Shown here: positions 1 through 9,568 of the stretch, one piece after another | Numbering within the stretch: position 1 is the stretch's first letter | Layout of the letters: every line of letters starts with the position of its first letter | DNA from: an uncultured Prochlorococcus sp. | Lineage (GTDB): Bacteria > Cyanobacteriota > Cyanobacteriia > PCC-6307 > Cyanobiaceae | Assembly (NCBI GenBank): GCA_902623195.1 | Contig: CACNSV010000002.1 | Coordinates: 38,036-102,035, forward strand | DNA length: 64,000 bases | Reading direction: 5' to 3' | Translations under genes and position numbers: made by a program | Notes under the pieces: generated by a model | Databases searched by the model: none | What the model saw: only the letters and a program-made list of their open reading frames with translations | Told to the model about the DNA's origin: nothing

Positions 1-1014
1 GAAATCAGGCCAAGAAACAGAATTATCTTTTTTAAGTATTAATGGAATTAATGATGATGCTGAACTTCTTAAACTGAAACTTACTTTATTTCTTATTAAT
101 TCTCTATCTAAGCTTTTTGCTATTGCTAATCTTATATCAATATTATTTAATGGTATTTTATTTGTCCGTAAACTTATAAAACTTATTTCTATTGGTTCAC
201 TTTGACTCTCTCGTATATAGTTCTTTTTATTCAATAAATTTAATTTATAACGCAATGTATCATCAATTGAGTTAGATAAAAGAACATCAACTTGCTTACT
301 TATAAAAGCGCCATATAAAGTCGAAAAACTATTGTAGCCAATAAAATTTATGCCATTATTTTTAGGTTTTTTGTTCCAATAAATTGTATTAGGTGATAAA
401 GTTTGTATCTCATTAGAGAATCTTTTTAATTTATATTCTCCAGTACCAATAAAATTATTATTTAAGAATTTATCGAAGTGATCTTTGTAAAAAGTTGGAG
501 AAATTGCTGTTAAATTTATAGACGTTAATAAACCCTCTATTGAACTTGATGGATTATTAAGATTAATTATTAGTAATTCTTTTGATGGGGTTTCAATAGA
601 TTTAATCTTTTTATTTAAAATATAGTTTAAAGTTCCGATATTTTGAAATCGTTCTATAGTGAATTTCATAGAAGAAGAATCAAATGGGGTTCCATCATGA
701 AAAAGTATATTTTCCCTCAATTTAATAAATATTTTTAGTTTGTCTTTTGAAAAAATTGGTTTAGATTTAGCTAGTTTTGGTATTAATTCACCTTCATTGC
801 TTAGTCCATAAAGAGTATCGCCTAAGGCATTTAATAATTGATAGGATTTCAGAGTACTTGCTCGAGCTGGATCTAAAGATTCTATTTTCCCAGAACTTGC
901 AATTGTTATATTTTGAGAAGTATTAATTTTCTTTTTACATGCATATTGAGAAAGAATAGCTACTAAAGTAAAAATTAATAAAACTATTTTTCTAAGATAT
1001 CTTTTTTTATGCAT
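1..1014 (-). CDS. ABC transporter substrate-binding lipoprotein, oligopeptide/dipeptide family 5 (3' end runs off the window)
   Basis: Not in the ORF track. Manual translation from ATG at 1014 gives MHKKRYLRKIVLLIFTLVAILSQYACKKKINTSQNITIASSGKIESLDPARAST..., i.e. a signal peptide with a lipobox-like Cys followed by the family-5 'SLDP' motif. A 'FHDGTPF'-type motif lies near 680-705. Confidence 0.85.
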   Translation of the reverse strand, partial: MHKKRYLRKIVLLIFTLVAILSQYACKKKINTSQNITIASSGKIESLDPARASTLKSYQLLNALGDTLYGLSNEGELIPKLAKSKPIFSKDKLKIFIKLRENILFHDGTPFDSSSMKFTIERFQNIGTLNYILNKKIKSIETPSKELLIINLNNPSSSIEGLLTSINLTAISPTFYKDHFDKFLNNNFIGTGEYKLKRFSNEIQTLSPNTIYWNKKPKNNGINFIGYNSFSTLYGAFISKQVDVLLSNSIDDTLRYKLNLLNKKNYIRESQSEPIEISFISLRTNKIPLNNIDIRLAIAKSLDRELIRNKVSFSLRSSASSLIPLILKKDNSVSWPDF

Positions 1015-1025
1015 TATTAATAATA

Positions 1026-1268
1026 CTAATTAATATTAATCTCACATGATGATGAAACTGTGATTTTATTTATTGATAATTCAAAAGTTTGATATCTACA
1101 AAAGTTAAGAGGCCACTCTCTTACCCAACAGATATTCATCTTAGGGTTGAATCCAATTACTTGATAAATTTTTTCAGAATTAACTATTTTTATACATTTC
1201 CCAATATCGATATATTTACTGACTTCATTAAAAGAATCAACATTCTTTTTTAATTTATTAATGAGCAT
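1026..1268 (-). CDS. Small hypothetical protein
   Basis: 80-aa ORF, co-directional and tightly packed between hom and the substrate-binding gene; contains a CWVREWPL segment. Confidence 0.6.
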   Translation of the reverse strand: MLINKLKKNVDSFNEVSKYIDIGKCIKIVNSEKIYQVIGFNPKMNICWVREWPLNFCRYQTFELSINKITVSSSCEININ

Positions 1269-1326
1269 CTATCATAAATTATTTCTTCTTTGATTAAACA
1301 AGTTATTTTACTTTTTGCAAATTAAT

Positions 1327-2643
1327 CTAAATACAATTTAATTGAGCAGCAATAAATTTAACTTCTGGTAATGCATTTAATTGGTTTTTCGAAATATCAA
1401 TATTACCTTTAGGGACATGATGAGTTATTACAACGATTTCTGCTTCATTTTCCCTTGCGTCTAATTGGATAATAGATTCTATAGAAACATCATTATTCCC
1501 AAAAATATATCCAATTTTGCCTATTACTCCAGGTGTGTCTTCACAAATAATTCTAAGGTAATTTTTTTTTCTTATTTGTTCCGAATTTATAACATGGCAT
1601 TTTCTCCAAAAATTAAATGATAATAATGGATCAATAACTCTATCTTTAGATATATTCTTTTTAATTGAAAGAGCTTTCAAACTAAGAATATCAGATACAA
1701 CGGAAGATGCTGTAGGACCACTTCCAGCTCCAGGGCCATAAAGCATTATTTCTCCAATAGGATCACCTTCCACAAGTATTGCATTATTGACTCCTTCTAT
1801 AGTAGATAAGGGATGACTTTTAGGAATTAGTGTGGGACCTACCCAAATATTTAGAGGAAGAGAATTGTTTATATTATTATCTTTATTTCTTTCTGATACT
1901 GCTAATAATTTAATTTCAAAACCTAATTTTTCGGCATATTCAATATCTTTTAAGTCAATTTTATTTATACCCTCTGTATCAATTTTATTTCGATCAATTT
2001 TTCCTCCAAAAGCTAATTCTGAAAGAATTGAGATTTTATCAGCAGCATCTTGTCCTTCAACATCCGCACTTGGATCTAGCTCGGCATATCCAAGCTTTTG
2101 TGCCAATTCTAAACTTTCTTTAAAAGCTGCTTTCTCAGTAGACATTTTTGACAAGATGAAATTTGTAGTCCCATTTATAATCCCTGCCATTTTAATAATT
2201 TGATTACTTTTTAAAGATCGTTTTAGAGGCTCTATTATAGGTATGCCTCCACAAACTGCAGCTTCAAATAGTATGTAGGCGCCATTTTCAGAAGCGACTT
2301 TATGAATTTCTTCTCCATATCTAGCCATAACTGCTTTATTAGCAGTAACGACTGATTTCCCATTCCTTAATGATTTTAAAATAATATCTTTAGCAATATC
2401 AGTCCCTCCCATAACCTCAACTATTACATCAATAAAAGGATCATCGATTAATTTATTGGGATCATTTATAAGTAAATTTTTTTCTATATTGACTTCTCTT
2501 TTCTTGTGGATATTTTTAACTACTATATTTGCAATTTCAATCTGTTTTAAAATTGGATGAGTGTCTTTATCTCCCATTAGGATTTGATATACACCTTTAC
2601 CAACAGTGCCAAAACCAATAATTCCTATTCTCAATTTATCCAT
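1327..2643 (-). CDS. hom: Homoserine dehydrogenase with C-terminal ACT domain
   Basis: GFGTVG Rossmann motif, VVTANKA, FEAAVCGGIPII, GIINGTTNFIL, DVEGQDAADK, GPGAG and an ACT domain (DTPGVIGKI). Confidence 0.95.
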   Translation of the reverse strand: MDKLRIGIIGFGTVGKGVYQILMGDKDTHPILKQIEIANIVVKNIHKKREVNIEKNLLINDPNKLIDDPFIDVIVEVMGGTDIAKDIILKSLRNGKSVVTANKAVMARYGEEIHKVASENGAYILFEAAVCGGIPIIEPLKRSLKSNQIIKMAGIINGTTNFILSKMSTEKAAFKESLELAQKLGYAELDPSADVEGQDAADKISILSELAFGGKIDRNKIDTEGINKIDLKDIEYAEKLGFEIKLLAVSERNKDNNINNSLPLNIWVGPTLIPKSHPLSTIEGVNNAILVEGDPIGEIMLYGPGAGSGPTASSVVSDILSLKALSIKKNISKDRVIDPLLSFNFWRKCHVINSEQIRKKNYLRIICEDTPGVIGKIGYIFGNNDVSIESIIQLDARENEAEIVVITHHVPKGNIDISKNQLNALPEVKFIAAQLNCI

Positions 2644-2675
2644 TATCTGTAAATGTATGTAGTTATGATTTTATA

Positions 2676-3104
2676 TTATTGTGTATTTAAAAATTCATTT
2701 GCTTGAGATTTCATTTTTATTAAAATATTTAAAAATCCATTAGATCTTGATGGAGTGAGACTTTTTCTTAAACCTGTATCTTCAATAAAATTATTATTTA
2801 AATTTAAAATCTCCTGAGGGGATAATTCATTTAAACCACTTATTAAAAAAGATAATAAACCTTTTGTAATTAAGGCATCAGAAAAACCTTGCCAGTAGAT
2901 TTTCCCTTGTTTAAGTGTACCTTTAACATAAACTTCTGAAACACATCCTTTTACTTTATTTTCTGGAATTAATATTTCATTATTAGGAGAAGGTAATTTT
3001 TTCCCTAGCCATAAAATATATTCATATTTTCTTTTTGGATCATTTGTTGATTTTATCTTTCTAACTAAGTTATTCAGATTACAATAAATTTCTTTATTTT
3101 CCAT
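2676..3104 (-). CDS. sufE: SufE-family Fe-S cluster sulfur acceptor
   Basis: NKVKGCVSEVY with the acceptor Cys, SDALITKGL, LTPSRSNGF. Confidence 0.92.
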   Translation of the reverse strand: MENKEIYCNLNNLVRKIKSTNDPKRKYEYILWLGKKLPSPNNEILIPENKVKGCVSEVYVKGTLKQGKIYWQGFSDALITKGLLSFLISGLNELSPQEILNLNNNFIEDTGLRKSLTPSRSNGFLNILIKMKSQANEFLNTQ

Positions 3105-3129
3105 CCTAAATTAAATAAATATTATTTTA

Positions 3130-3675
3130 TTATATTAAAATTTGATTATCAGTAATGAATCCGCTTAAAGGAATATCCCAACTATCTTTATTTAAAAAAC
3201 TTTTACTTAGACATTTTTTGGTAAGAACTCCAATGCATGGGATTAATCTCCAATCTTTATTAGCCCTAAGTTTGTCATAATAACCACCTCCGTAACCAAG
3301 ACGGTTTAATTTTTTGTCAACAGATAAACAAGGAACAAAAATATATGAGATTTGTTTTGAATTTAATAACTTTGAATTATTGGGAGCAAAAATTCCTTCC
3401 TGATCTTTTACTAAAGCAGCATCATCCCAAATATAAAATTCTATCATTTTATTTGGATTACATTTGGGTAAGGCTAAAGGATACTTTTTTCTTAATTCCC
3501 TTAAATCTACTTCATTTTTTAAAGGCCAATAAATTGCAAAAAATTTATTTATCCATTTATTCTTATCTAAAGTTGTTATAAATCTTTCAACATTTCTTTT
3601 AACACTCTTTCTCTCATCTAATGAGCTTTCACTCATTATTTTTTTATATTTTGCTCTTTCAAAACTTTTATTCAT
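3130..3675 (-). CDS. 5-formyltetrahydrofolate cyclo-ligase
   Basis: RLGYGGGYYD signature and WDIPL near the C-terminus. Confidence 0.9.
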   Translation of the reverse strand: MNKSFERAKYKKIMSESSLDERKSVKRNVERFITTLDKNKWINKFFAIYWPLKNEVDLRELRKKYPLALPKCNPNKMIEFYIWDDAALVKDQEGIFAPNNSKLLNSKQISYIFVPCLSVDKKLNRLGYGGGYYDKLRANKDWRLIPCIGVLTKKCLSKSFLNKDSWDIPLSGFITDNQILI

Positions 3676-3693
3676 TTTTATAAATACGAATTT

Positions 3694-4164
3694 TTAATTT
3701 ACTAATTCATTAAATTTAGTTAATGCAATAGCTAATGCATCTGCCGAGTCATCTGGTCTTGGTGGATATTCAAGTTTTAAACTATACATTACTGAATTTA
3801 ATACATCTTTTTTAGTGGCTTTCCCAAATCCCGTAATCGTAAGTTTTATTTGTGCTGGCGCATATTCAGTTATTGGAATATTAAAAGATCCCAGAGTCAT
3901 CATAATTACTCCTCTTGCTTGTACAACACTTATAGTGGTACTTGATTTATAAAAAAAGAATTTCTCTACAGCTGCATAATCTGGTTTCCATTTATTAATT
4001 AATTCTTTTAGATCTATAAAAATTTCAAGGAGTCTATTTTCTTCTTTTTGATCTTTTTTTGTCTCAATAATTCCACAATCAAGAAGAATTTTTTCATTTC
4101 TCTTAACTTCAATTATGCCGTAGCCTACTCTTGCTAATCCGGGATCTATTCCGATAATTATCAA
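3694..4164 (-). CDS. ruvC: Holliday junction resolvase RuvC
   Basis: [29 protein letters not shown] catalytic motifs; TTG start. Confidence 0.95.
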   Translation of the reverse strand: MIIIGIDPGLARVGYGIIEVKRNEKILLDCGIIETKKDQKEENRLLEIFIDLKELINKWKPDYAAVEKFFFYKSSTTISVVQARGVIMMTLGSFNIPITEYAPAQIKLTITGFGKATKKDVLNSVMYSLKLEYPPRPDDSADALAIALTKFNELVN

Positions 4165-4166
4165 TA

Positions 4167-5258
4167 TTAATCCTCATTTATTGCTAGTTGAAATTTTGAT
4201 AAGTTTTCTTTCTCATCAATTTCAAAAACTTTGCAAAACGCTTTAATTACCTTTTCTCCAGAGTCAACTTGTTCTAGAGGGTCTTTTCTCAATCGATGTC
4301 TTAATGAACAAGTGATTACTCTCGCTATATCTTCATCGGAAACTTCATCCCTCCCTTCAAACGCAGCGATTGCTTTAGCGGATCTATTAGTAACAATATC
4401 ACCTCTTAATCCATCAACATCTAATTCTCCGCAGATTGCAGAAATATTCAGTCTTAAATCATCATCTATTTTTACTTTATTGAGATTTTTTTGAGCTTCT
4501 ATGACTTTTGCCTGAAGCTCAGATTGTTTTTCATTCATGGTGTTTGTAAATCCTTCTGGATCATTATCGAAAGATGTTCTTTGATCTACAACTTTAACTC
4601 TTAAATCTGCATCTCTTACAGTTTTAACTTCAACACTCATTCCAAATCTATCTAATAATTGTGGTCTAAGCTCGCCTTCCTCGGGATTCCCAGAGCCTAT
4701 TAAAACAAATCTAGCTGGATGCCTAACTGATACTCCTTCTCTTTCAACTGTATTCCAACCAGATGCTGCAGAATCTAATAGTACATCAACTAAATGATCA
4801 TCTAATAAATTTACTTCATCAACATATAAAAGACCTCTATTGGCTTTAGCTAAAAGCCCAGGTTCGAATGCTTTAATGCCTTCGCTTAAAGCTTTTTCAA
4901 TATCAATAGTTCCACATAATCTATCCTCAGTCGCTCCTAAGGGTAGATCTACCATTGGTACTTGTTTGTTATCAAGCTCAAGATTATTTCCTTCTTCAAT
5001 TTTTTCAAGAACTTCTTGGCTCTGCAGATCAGGGTCATTTGGAGAACTATTATAAGGATCTCCCTTAACTACTTCAATTGCAGGTAATAGATCAGCTAAA
5101 GCTCTTATAGTAGTTGACTTTCCTGTGCCTCTATCTCCCATTATCATCACACCTCCAATTCTTGGATCAATTACATTTAAAAGAAGCGCTAATTTCATTT
5201 CTTCTTGCCCAATAACAGCTGTAAAAGGAAAGACTCTTCTTTTTTTTGCTAAATTCAC
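4167..5258 (-). CDS. chlI: Magnesium chelatase ATPase subunit I
   Basis: [13 protein letters not shown], Walker [28 protein letters not shown]; GTG start. Confidence 0.97.
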   Translation of the reverse strand: MNLAKKRRVFPFTAVIGQEEMKLALLLNVIDPRIGGVMIMGDRGTGKSTTIRALADLLPAIEVVKGDPYNSSPNDPDLQSQEVLEKIEEGNNLELDNKQVPMVDLPLGATEDRLCGTIDIEKALSEGIKAFEPGLLAKANRGLLYVDEVNLLDDHLVDVLLDSAASGWNTVEREGVSVRHPARFVLIGSGNPEEGELRPQLLDRFGMSVEVKTVRDADLRVKVVDQRTSFDNDPEGFTNTMNEKQSELQAKVIEAQKNLNKVKIDDDLRLNISAICGELDVDGLRGDIVTNRSAKAIAAFEGRDEVSDEDIARVITCSLRHRLRKDPLEQVDSGEKVIKAFCKVFEIDEKENLSKFQLAINED

Positions 5259-5409
5259 GTTGTTTTCTTAACTATAATTCTTATGAGTTTTGATGTTACT
5301 TCAGATATTGATATTAGTAAATATCATTTATAAAAAAAATAAATAGATTTATTAATTTTTTTATATTTGAATAATTAAGAGGCTAAAAATAGTAAATATT
5401 TAATTGGAA

Positions 5410-6159
5410 TTATAATTTATTTTTATTTTCAAGTGCCCAATTAATTTGGTGAATTATTCCTCTTAGTGTATCTAATTCATGCTTAGAAGTCTCAACTCTA
5501 TGTATATATTTTTTAAATTTACTTATTTTTGCATTTAGAGTATGAGGAAGCAGATAACCAGTTTTTAGTAAAAGTTTTTCTATCTCTAGAAATGAATCCT
5601 CTATCTGTTTTGAAGTAGCAAAATCCAATGCTTTCTTTTTTAAAATATTATGAGGCCTAACACTTTTTGATAATTCATATAAAACAATGGAAACTGCATG
5701 GGATAAATTTAAGGAAGGAAAATCTTTATGTGTTTTAATTTTAAAAACTTTATTTGCCATTATTAATTCTTGATTTGTTAAACCTCTATCCTCTCTACCA
5801 AAAAGAATTGCTAAGTTTTTTACTTCTTTAAAGTTTCTAATCCAAGTGGAAATATTTTCTAGAGAATCTGGCTCGTTTTCTTTTGAGGAGTTAATTCGTC
5901 CACAAGTTGCAAGTACTAAATTACAATCTGAAATTGCATCTATAAGAGATTCATAAATAGTGCATTCTTCGATAAATTTAATTCCTTTTAGGGCCATCTT
6001 TTTGGTCTCTAATGAATAAATATCACATTTTGGCGATATTATTCTTAATTGATCTACATTAAAATTCGAACATAATCTTGCCACGCTTCCTACATTAAGA
6101 GGCCCACTTGGTTCAACTAAAATCACTTTTATATTATAATTAGTCTTTTCAAGATTCAA
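5410..6159 (-). CDS. SPOUT RNA methyltransferase, TrmJ/LasT family
   Basis: ILVEPSGPLNVGSVAR, FGREDRGLTN, SLNLSHAV motifs. Confidence 0.9.
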   Translation of the reverse strand: MNLEKTNYNIKVILVEPSGPLNVGSVARLCSNFNVDQLRIISPKCDIYSLETKKMALKGIKFIEECTIYESLIDAISDCNLVLATCGRINSSKENEPDSLENISTWIRNFKEVKNLAILFGREDRGLTNQELIMANKVFKIKTHKDFPSLNLSHAVSIVLYELSKSVRPHNILKKKALDFATSKQIEDSFLEIEKLLLKTGYLLPHTLNAKISKFKKYIHRVETSKHELDTLRGIIHQINWALENKNKL

Positions 6160-6368
6160 TTTACTTCACTAAAAAAAACTTAAAAGAAAGATCTTTTTCA
6201 TATTAAATTTATCATAAATATTTTAAATAAATTATTATTTTTAACCATAAACTCAAATCAATTTATTTGAATTAATTTAATCATAAATTTTTACTGCATA
6301 AGATGAAGATATAGATGCAAAAAATATTTTATGTGCAAGAATTTAATTAATTAGAAGAATACTAGAAA

Positions 6369-6488
6369 ATGATTGAACCATTGCTTTGTGGAATTGTTTT
6401 AGGATTAGTGCCTATTACTCTTTTAGGTTTGTTTGTTAGCGCATGGAATCAATACCGGAGAGGTTCTGGAATGTTAGATTTTGACTAA
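6369..6488 (+). CDS. petG: Cytochrome b6f complex subunit V (PetG)
   Basis: Not in the ORF track. Manual translation: [39 protein letters not shown] (39 aa), the characteristic PetG sequence. The 3' end overlaps the convergent rsmD by 15 nt. Confidence 0.96.
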   Translation: MIEPLLCGIVLGLVPITLLGLFVSAWNQYRRGSGMLDFD

Positions 6489-7061
6489 AAAAGCAAGTTT
6501 AGTTTGACCATATAACCTAATATCATTTATTTTGTATAGATAATCTTCTTTTATAACTTCATTTTTAGAGTGTTCGCAAATTACAATTGTTTTTTTTGTT
6601 ATTAAATATGATTTGAATAGATCTTTTAATAGTCGTTTATAAAAGTTGTTTTTATATGGTGGGTCAATATAAATAAAATCAAAGTTTATATTTTCGAGAT
6701 TATTCTTTTCTAATAATTTTGCTCTGATATATTTTTTAACCCAAGGTAAAACATCCTTGCAAATTATCCTTATATCATTCTCTCTTATTTGTGAATCTTT
6801 TAATGAAAGTAAATTTTTCTTACATAAATTAGCAGTTATCCTATCTTTTTCGACTGCAACAATTTTTTTTGCTCCATGATTATAGGCTTCACAAGAAATA
6901 GCACCGGAGCCACTAAATAAATCAAGCCAATTAGAATTTTCTACTTTATTATTCAAAATATTAAAGATTGCTTGTCTAACCATTAGTGTTGTAGGCCTTG
7001 TTTTATCTGACTTTGGACTCTCAATCCTTTTTCCACCAATAAGAGTTAAACTAGTTTTCAT
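6474..7061 (-). CDS. rsmD: 16S rRNA m2G966 methyltransferase RsmD
   Basis: [24 protein letters not shown] motifs. Confidence 0.9.
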   Translation of the reverse strand: MKTSLTLIGGKRIESPKSDKTRPTTLMVRQAIFNILNNKVENSNWLDLFSGSGAISCEAYNHGAKKIVAVEKDRITANLCKKNLLSLKDSQIRENDIRIICKDVLPWVKKYIRAKLLEKNNLENINFDFIYIDPPYKNNFYKRLLKDLFKSYLITKKTIVICEHSKNEVIKEDYLYKINDIRLYGQTKLAFLVKI

Positions 7062-7071
7062 TGCTCACTAC

Positions 7072-7686
7072 TCAGATAGTTTGTAGCCATCTGTATAAAA
7101 GAGACTGTCCAATTTTTCCTGATTTTTCTGGATGAAATTGACATGCTATTAAGTTTTCATTCTCAATCATTGCAGTTAAGTTAATTGGACCATATTCAAC
7201 GCTTGCGGTGACAAAACTCTCATCATTTGGTGCTGCGAAGTAGGAGTGATCAAAATAGACCCATTTATTTCTCTCTCCTTTAGAGAGCAATTTACTATCT
7301 TTTGAAGGAATTAGATTGCACCAACCAATATGAGGTATCCTCTGGTTCTTTATAGAGGGTATCTTTTTAATTTTCCCCTTAATGATTCCTATCCCTTTAT
7401 TTTTTCCTTCTTCACTCTCTTCAAAAAGGATTTGTAAGCCAAGACAAATTCCCATGAATGATTTGCCGCTACTAATCCACTTTTTAATTTCATCAATTAA
7501 ACCTGTCTTGTTCAAATTTTCAATAGCAGGATCATAAGCACCTTGACCAGGGATTATAAGAGCTTTACAACTACTAATTTGTAATTTGTTTTTTATCAGG
7601 AGGACTTCCTCTTCTAAGTTTTCAATCGCTTCCTTGACTGAATGTATATTACCCATTCCATAGTCAATAAGGCCTATTTTACTCAC
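7072..7686 (-). CDS. hisH: Imidazole glycerol phosphate synthase glutaminase subunit
   Basis: IDYGMGN, PGQG, GICLGLQ, PHIGW, QFHPEKSG (Cys-His-Glu triad). Confidence 0.96.
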   Translation of the reverse strand: MSKIGLIDYGMGNIHSVKEAIENLEEEVLLIKNKLQISSCKALIIPGQGAYDPAIENLNKTGLIDEIKKWISSGKSFMGICLGLQILFEESEEGKNKGIGIIKGKIKKIPSIKNQRIPHIGWCNLIPSKDSKLLSKGERNKWVYFDHSYFAAPNDESFVTASVEYGPINLTAMIENENLIACQFHPEKSGKIGQSLLYRWLQTI

Positions 7687-7691
7687 TTACT

Positions 7692-8015
7692 CTAGAGATG
7701 CTTAGATAGAGTACTTGAAAGAGTTCCTTTTGGCACTGCTCCTACGACAGTATCAACTTTCTGGCCACCTTTAAATATCATTAATGTTGGTATGCTTCTT
7801 ATTCCATATTGACTTGCCACATTGGGATTCTCATCTGTGTTTAATTTGAAAACTTTAATTTTTCCTTCAAAGTCTTTAGAAATTTCTTCAACTATTGGAG
7901 CAACCATTCTACATGGTCCACACCAAGGAGCCCAAAAATCAACCAAAACGGGTAGATCACTTTGTAAGACTTCTTTATCAAATGAAGAGTCAGTAACGGC
8001 AGGAGCTGATGACAT
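7692..8015 (-). CDS. trxA: Thioredoxin (m-type)
   Basis: WCGPC active site, SIPT cis-Pro motif. Confidence 0.97.
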   Translation of the reverse strand: MSSAPAVTDSSFDKEVLQSDLPVLVDFWAPWCGPCRMVAPIVEEISKDFEGKIKVFKLNTDENPNVASQYGIRSIPTLMIFKGGQKVDTVVGAVPKGTLSSTLSKHL

Positions 8016-8107
8016 AATTTATATATTCCTTTAGAAAATTTAGCAGTCTATTTTTCTTAGTGATGATTTCATTACGGATATAGAAAATATAAGTAACAAA
8101 TTGTATT

Positions 8108-8131
8108 AAAAAAAAGCCCGATAAATCGGGC
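8108..8131 (-). terminator. Rho-independent terminator of Yfr1 (and possibly of guaB read-through)
   Basis: GC-rich stem GCCCGA/TCGGGC (8116-8131) followed by a T8 run on the minus strand. Confidence 0.85.
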
Positions 8132-8165
8132 GATTTGTGTGTGAGGAGTATGGGGTTTCCCCCAT
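8108..8165 (-). ncRNA. yfr1: Yfr1 cyanobacterial small RNA
   Basis: Minus strand reads ATGGGGGAAACCCCAT-ACTCCTCACAC-ACAAATC-GCCCGATTTATCGGGC-TTTTTTTT: a 5' hairpin, the conserved unpaired ACUCCUCACAC motif (8139-8149) and a terminator hairpin. It lies at the known guaB-trxA intergenic locus. Confidence 0.93.
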
Positions 8166-8171
8166 TTTTTA

Positions 8172-8177
8172 ATAATA
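8172..8177 (-). promoter_or_regulatory. Putative -10 element of yfr1
   Basis: TATTAT on the minus strand, 6 nt upstream of the predicted Yfr1 5' end (8165). Confidence 0.55.
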
Positions 8178-8220
8178 GCTCCTCAATAGTTTTTTGTTCT
8201 CTTTCTCTAACACTTTATTT

Positions 8221-9384
8221 TTATTTACCCATTCCAAGTTGTTGGGCTTTTTGATAAACTTTGCCTTCTGTTAAAAGAGCAGGAGCAATAACAATTTCTA
8301 CATTTTGCATTTCTTTAATGTTTTTTGCGCCAAGAGTACTCATTGAAGTCCTTATTGCCCCTAAAAGATTATGCGTACCATCATCAAGTAATGCAGGCCC
8401 TTTTAATATTCTTTCTAATGATCCAGTCGAACCAACTTCTATCCGCGTTCCTCTTGGTAGGATCTGACTGGGTGTGGCCATTCCCCAATGAAAACCATTA
8501 CCTGGTGCTGTTGTTGCTCTTGCTATTGGAGATCCAATCATGACTGCATCAGCTCCGCAAGCAATGCATTTGCAAATATCTCCCCCAGTAACTATTCCTC
8601 CATCTCCAATTATAGGGATATACTTTCCGCTTTCATCAAAGTAATCATCTCTTGCTGAACTACAATCCGAAATAGCAGTAGCCTGAGGTACTCCTATGCC
8701 CAGCACTCCCCTTGAAGTACATGCAGCGCCTGGACCGATACCTACCATGAGACCCGCAACTCCTGCTTTCATAAGGCGTTTAGCGACTTCATAGGTTACG
8801 CAGTTACCTGCAATAATTGGAATATCGAGAGATTTACATAAATCTTCTATATCTAATGATTCTTGGTCATTTGTTCCTATATGTTGAGTTGATACAACGG
8901 TACCCTGCAAAAAAAATAAATCTAGATCTGAATCTCTAAGTGCTTCTTTAAATTTCATTGCGGCTTGGGGTGTACCACTTAATGCCGCGATACCTCCCTT
9001 CTCTTTTATTTCACTTATTCGTTTTTTTATTAAATCTATTTTTACGGGTTTGCTATAAATCTTTTGCATTAAAGGAACAAATTCAGACTTTCCCACAGAG
9101 GATATTTGATTCAAAACACTTTCAGGGTCTTCATACCTTGTTTGTATTCCCTCCATGTTTAATACTCCCAAAGCTCCCATATTAGAAAGTTCAATCGCGG
9201 TCTTTACGTCAACTACGCTGTCCATTGCACTTGCAATAATTGGAATTTCTCTTTCTATATTCCCAATGATCCAAGATGCATTAGTAAGTTCATAATCCAG
9301 TGTTCTTTCTCCTGGAACTAATGCTATTTCATCTATCCCGTAAGCTCTGCGGACGATTTTGTTTAAACCGAGTTTAATATTCAC
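8221..9384 (-). CDS. guaB: IMP dehydrogenase, CBS-less GuaB3-like cyanobacterial type
   Basis: ASAMDSV, VGIGPGAACTSR (catalytic Cys), DGGI, WGMA. The ORF-track start at 9450 adds an AT-rich non-homologous tail, so the GTG at 9384 (MNIKLGLNK...) is the more plausible start. Confidence 0.9.
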   Translation of the reverse strand: MNIKLGLNKIVRRAYGIDEIALVPGERTLDYELTNASWIIGNIEREIPIIASAMDSVVDVKTAIELSNMGALGVLNMEGIQTRYEDPESVLNQISSVGKSEFVPLMQKIYSKPVKIDLIKKRISEIKEKGGIAALSGTPQAAMKFKEALRDSDLDLFFLQGTVVSTQHIGTNDQESLDIEDLCKSLDIPIIAGNCVTYEVAKRLMKAGVAGLMVGIGPGAACTSRGVLGIGVPQATAISDCSSARDDYFDESGKYIPIIGDGGIVTGGDICKCIACGADAVMIGSPIARATTAPGNGFHWGMATPSQILPRGTRIEVGSTGSLERILKGPALLDDGTHNLLGAIRTSMSTLGAKNIKEMQNVEIVIAPALLTEGKVYQKAQQLGMGK

Positions 9385-9568
9385 GTTATTAATGCTATAT
9401 ATTTTGATTAAATTAACAATTAATAGTATATAAAGCCAATATTTATTCATGAAAAAAAAGAATTATTTATTATTTGTATTTCTTATGTGAGTATTTGACA
9501 ATTTTTATTTAATTTTTTTTTATTCATTATTGAGTAAAACCACTATTATTGGATAAAGGATTTTTTAT

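Noticed and set aside
9385-9450. N-terminal extension of GuaB (ORF-track start at 9450)
   Set aside because: It is low-complexity AT-rich sequence in the divergent guaB/gyrA promoter region; the recognisable protein starts at GTG 9384.
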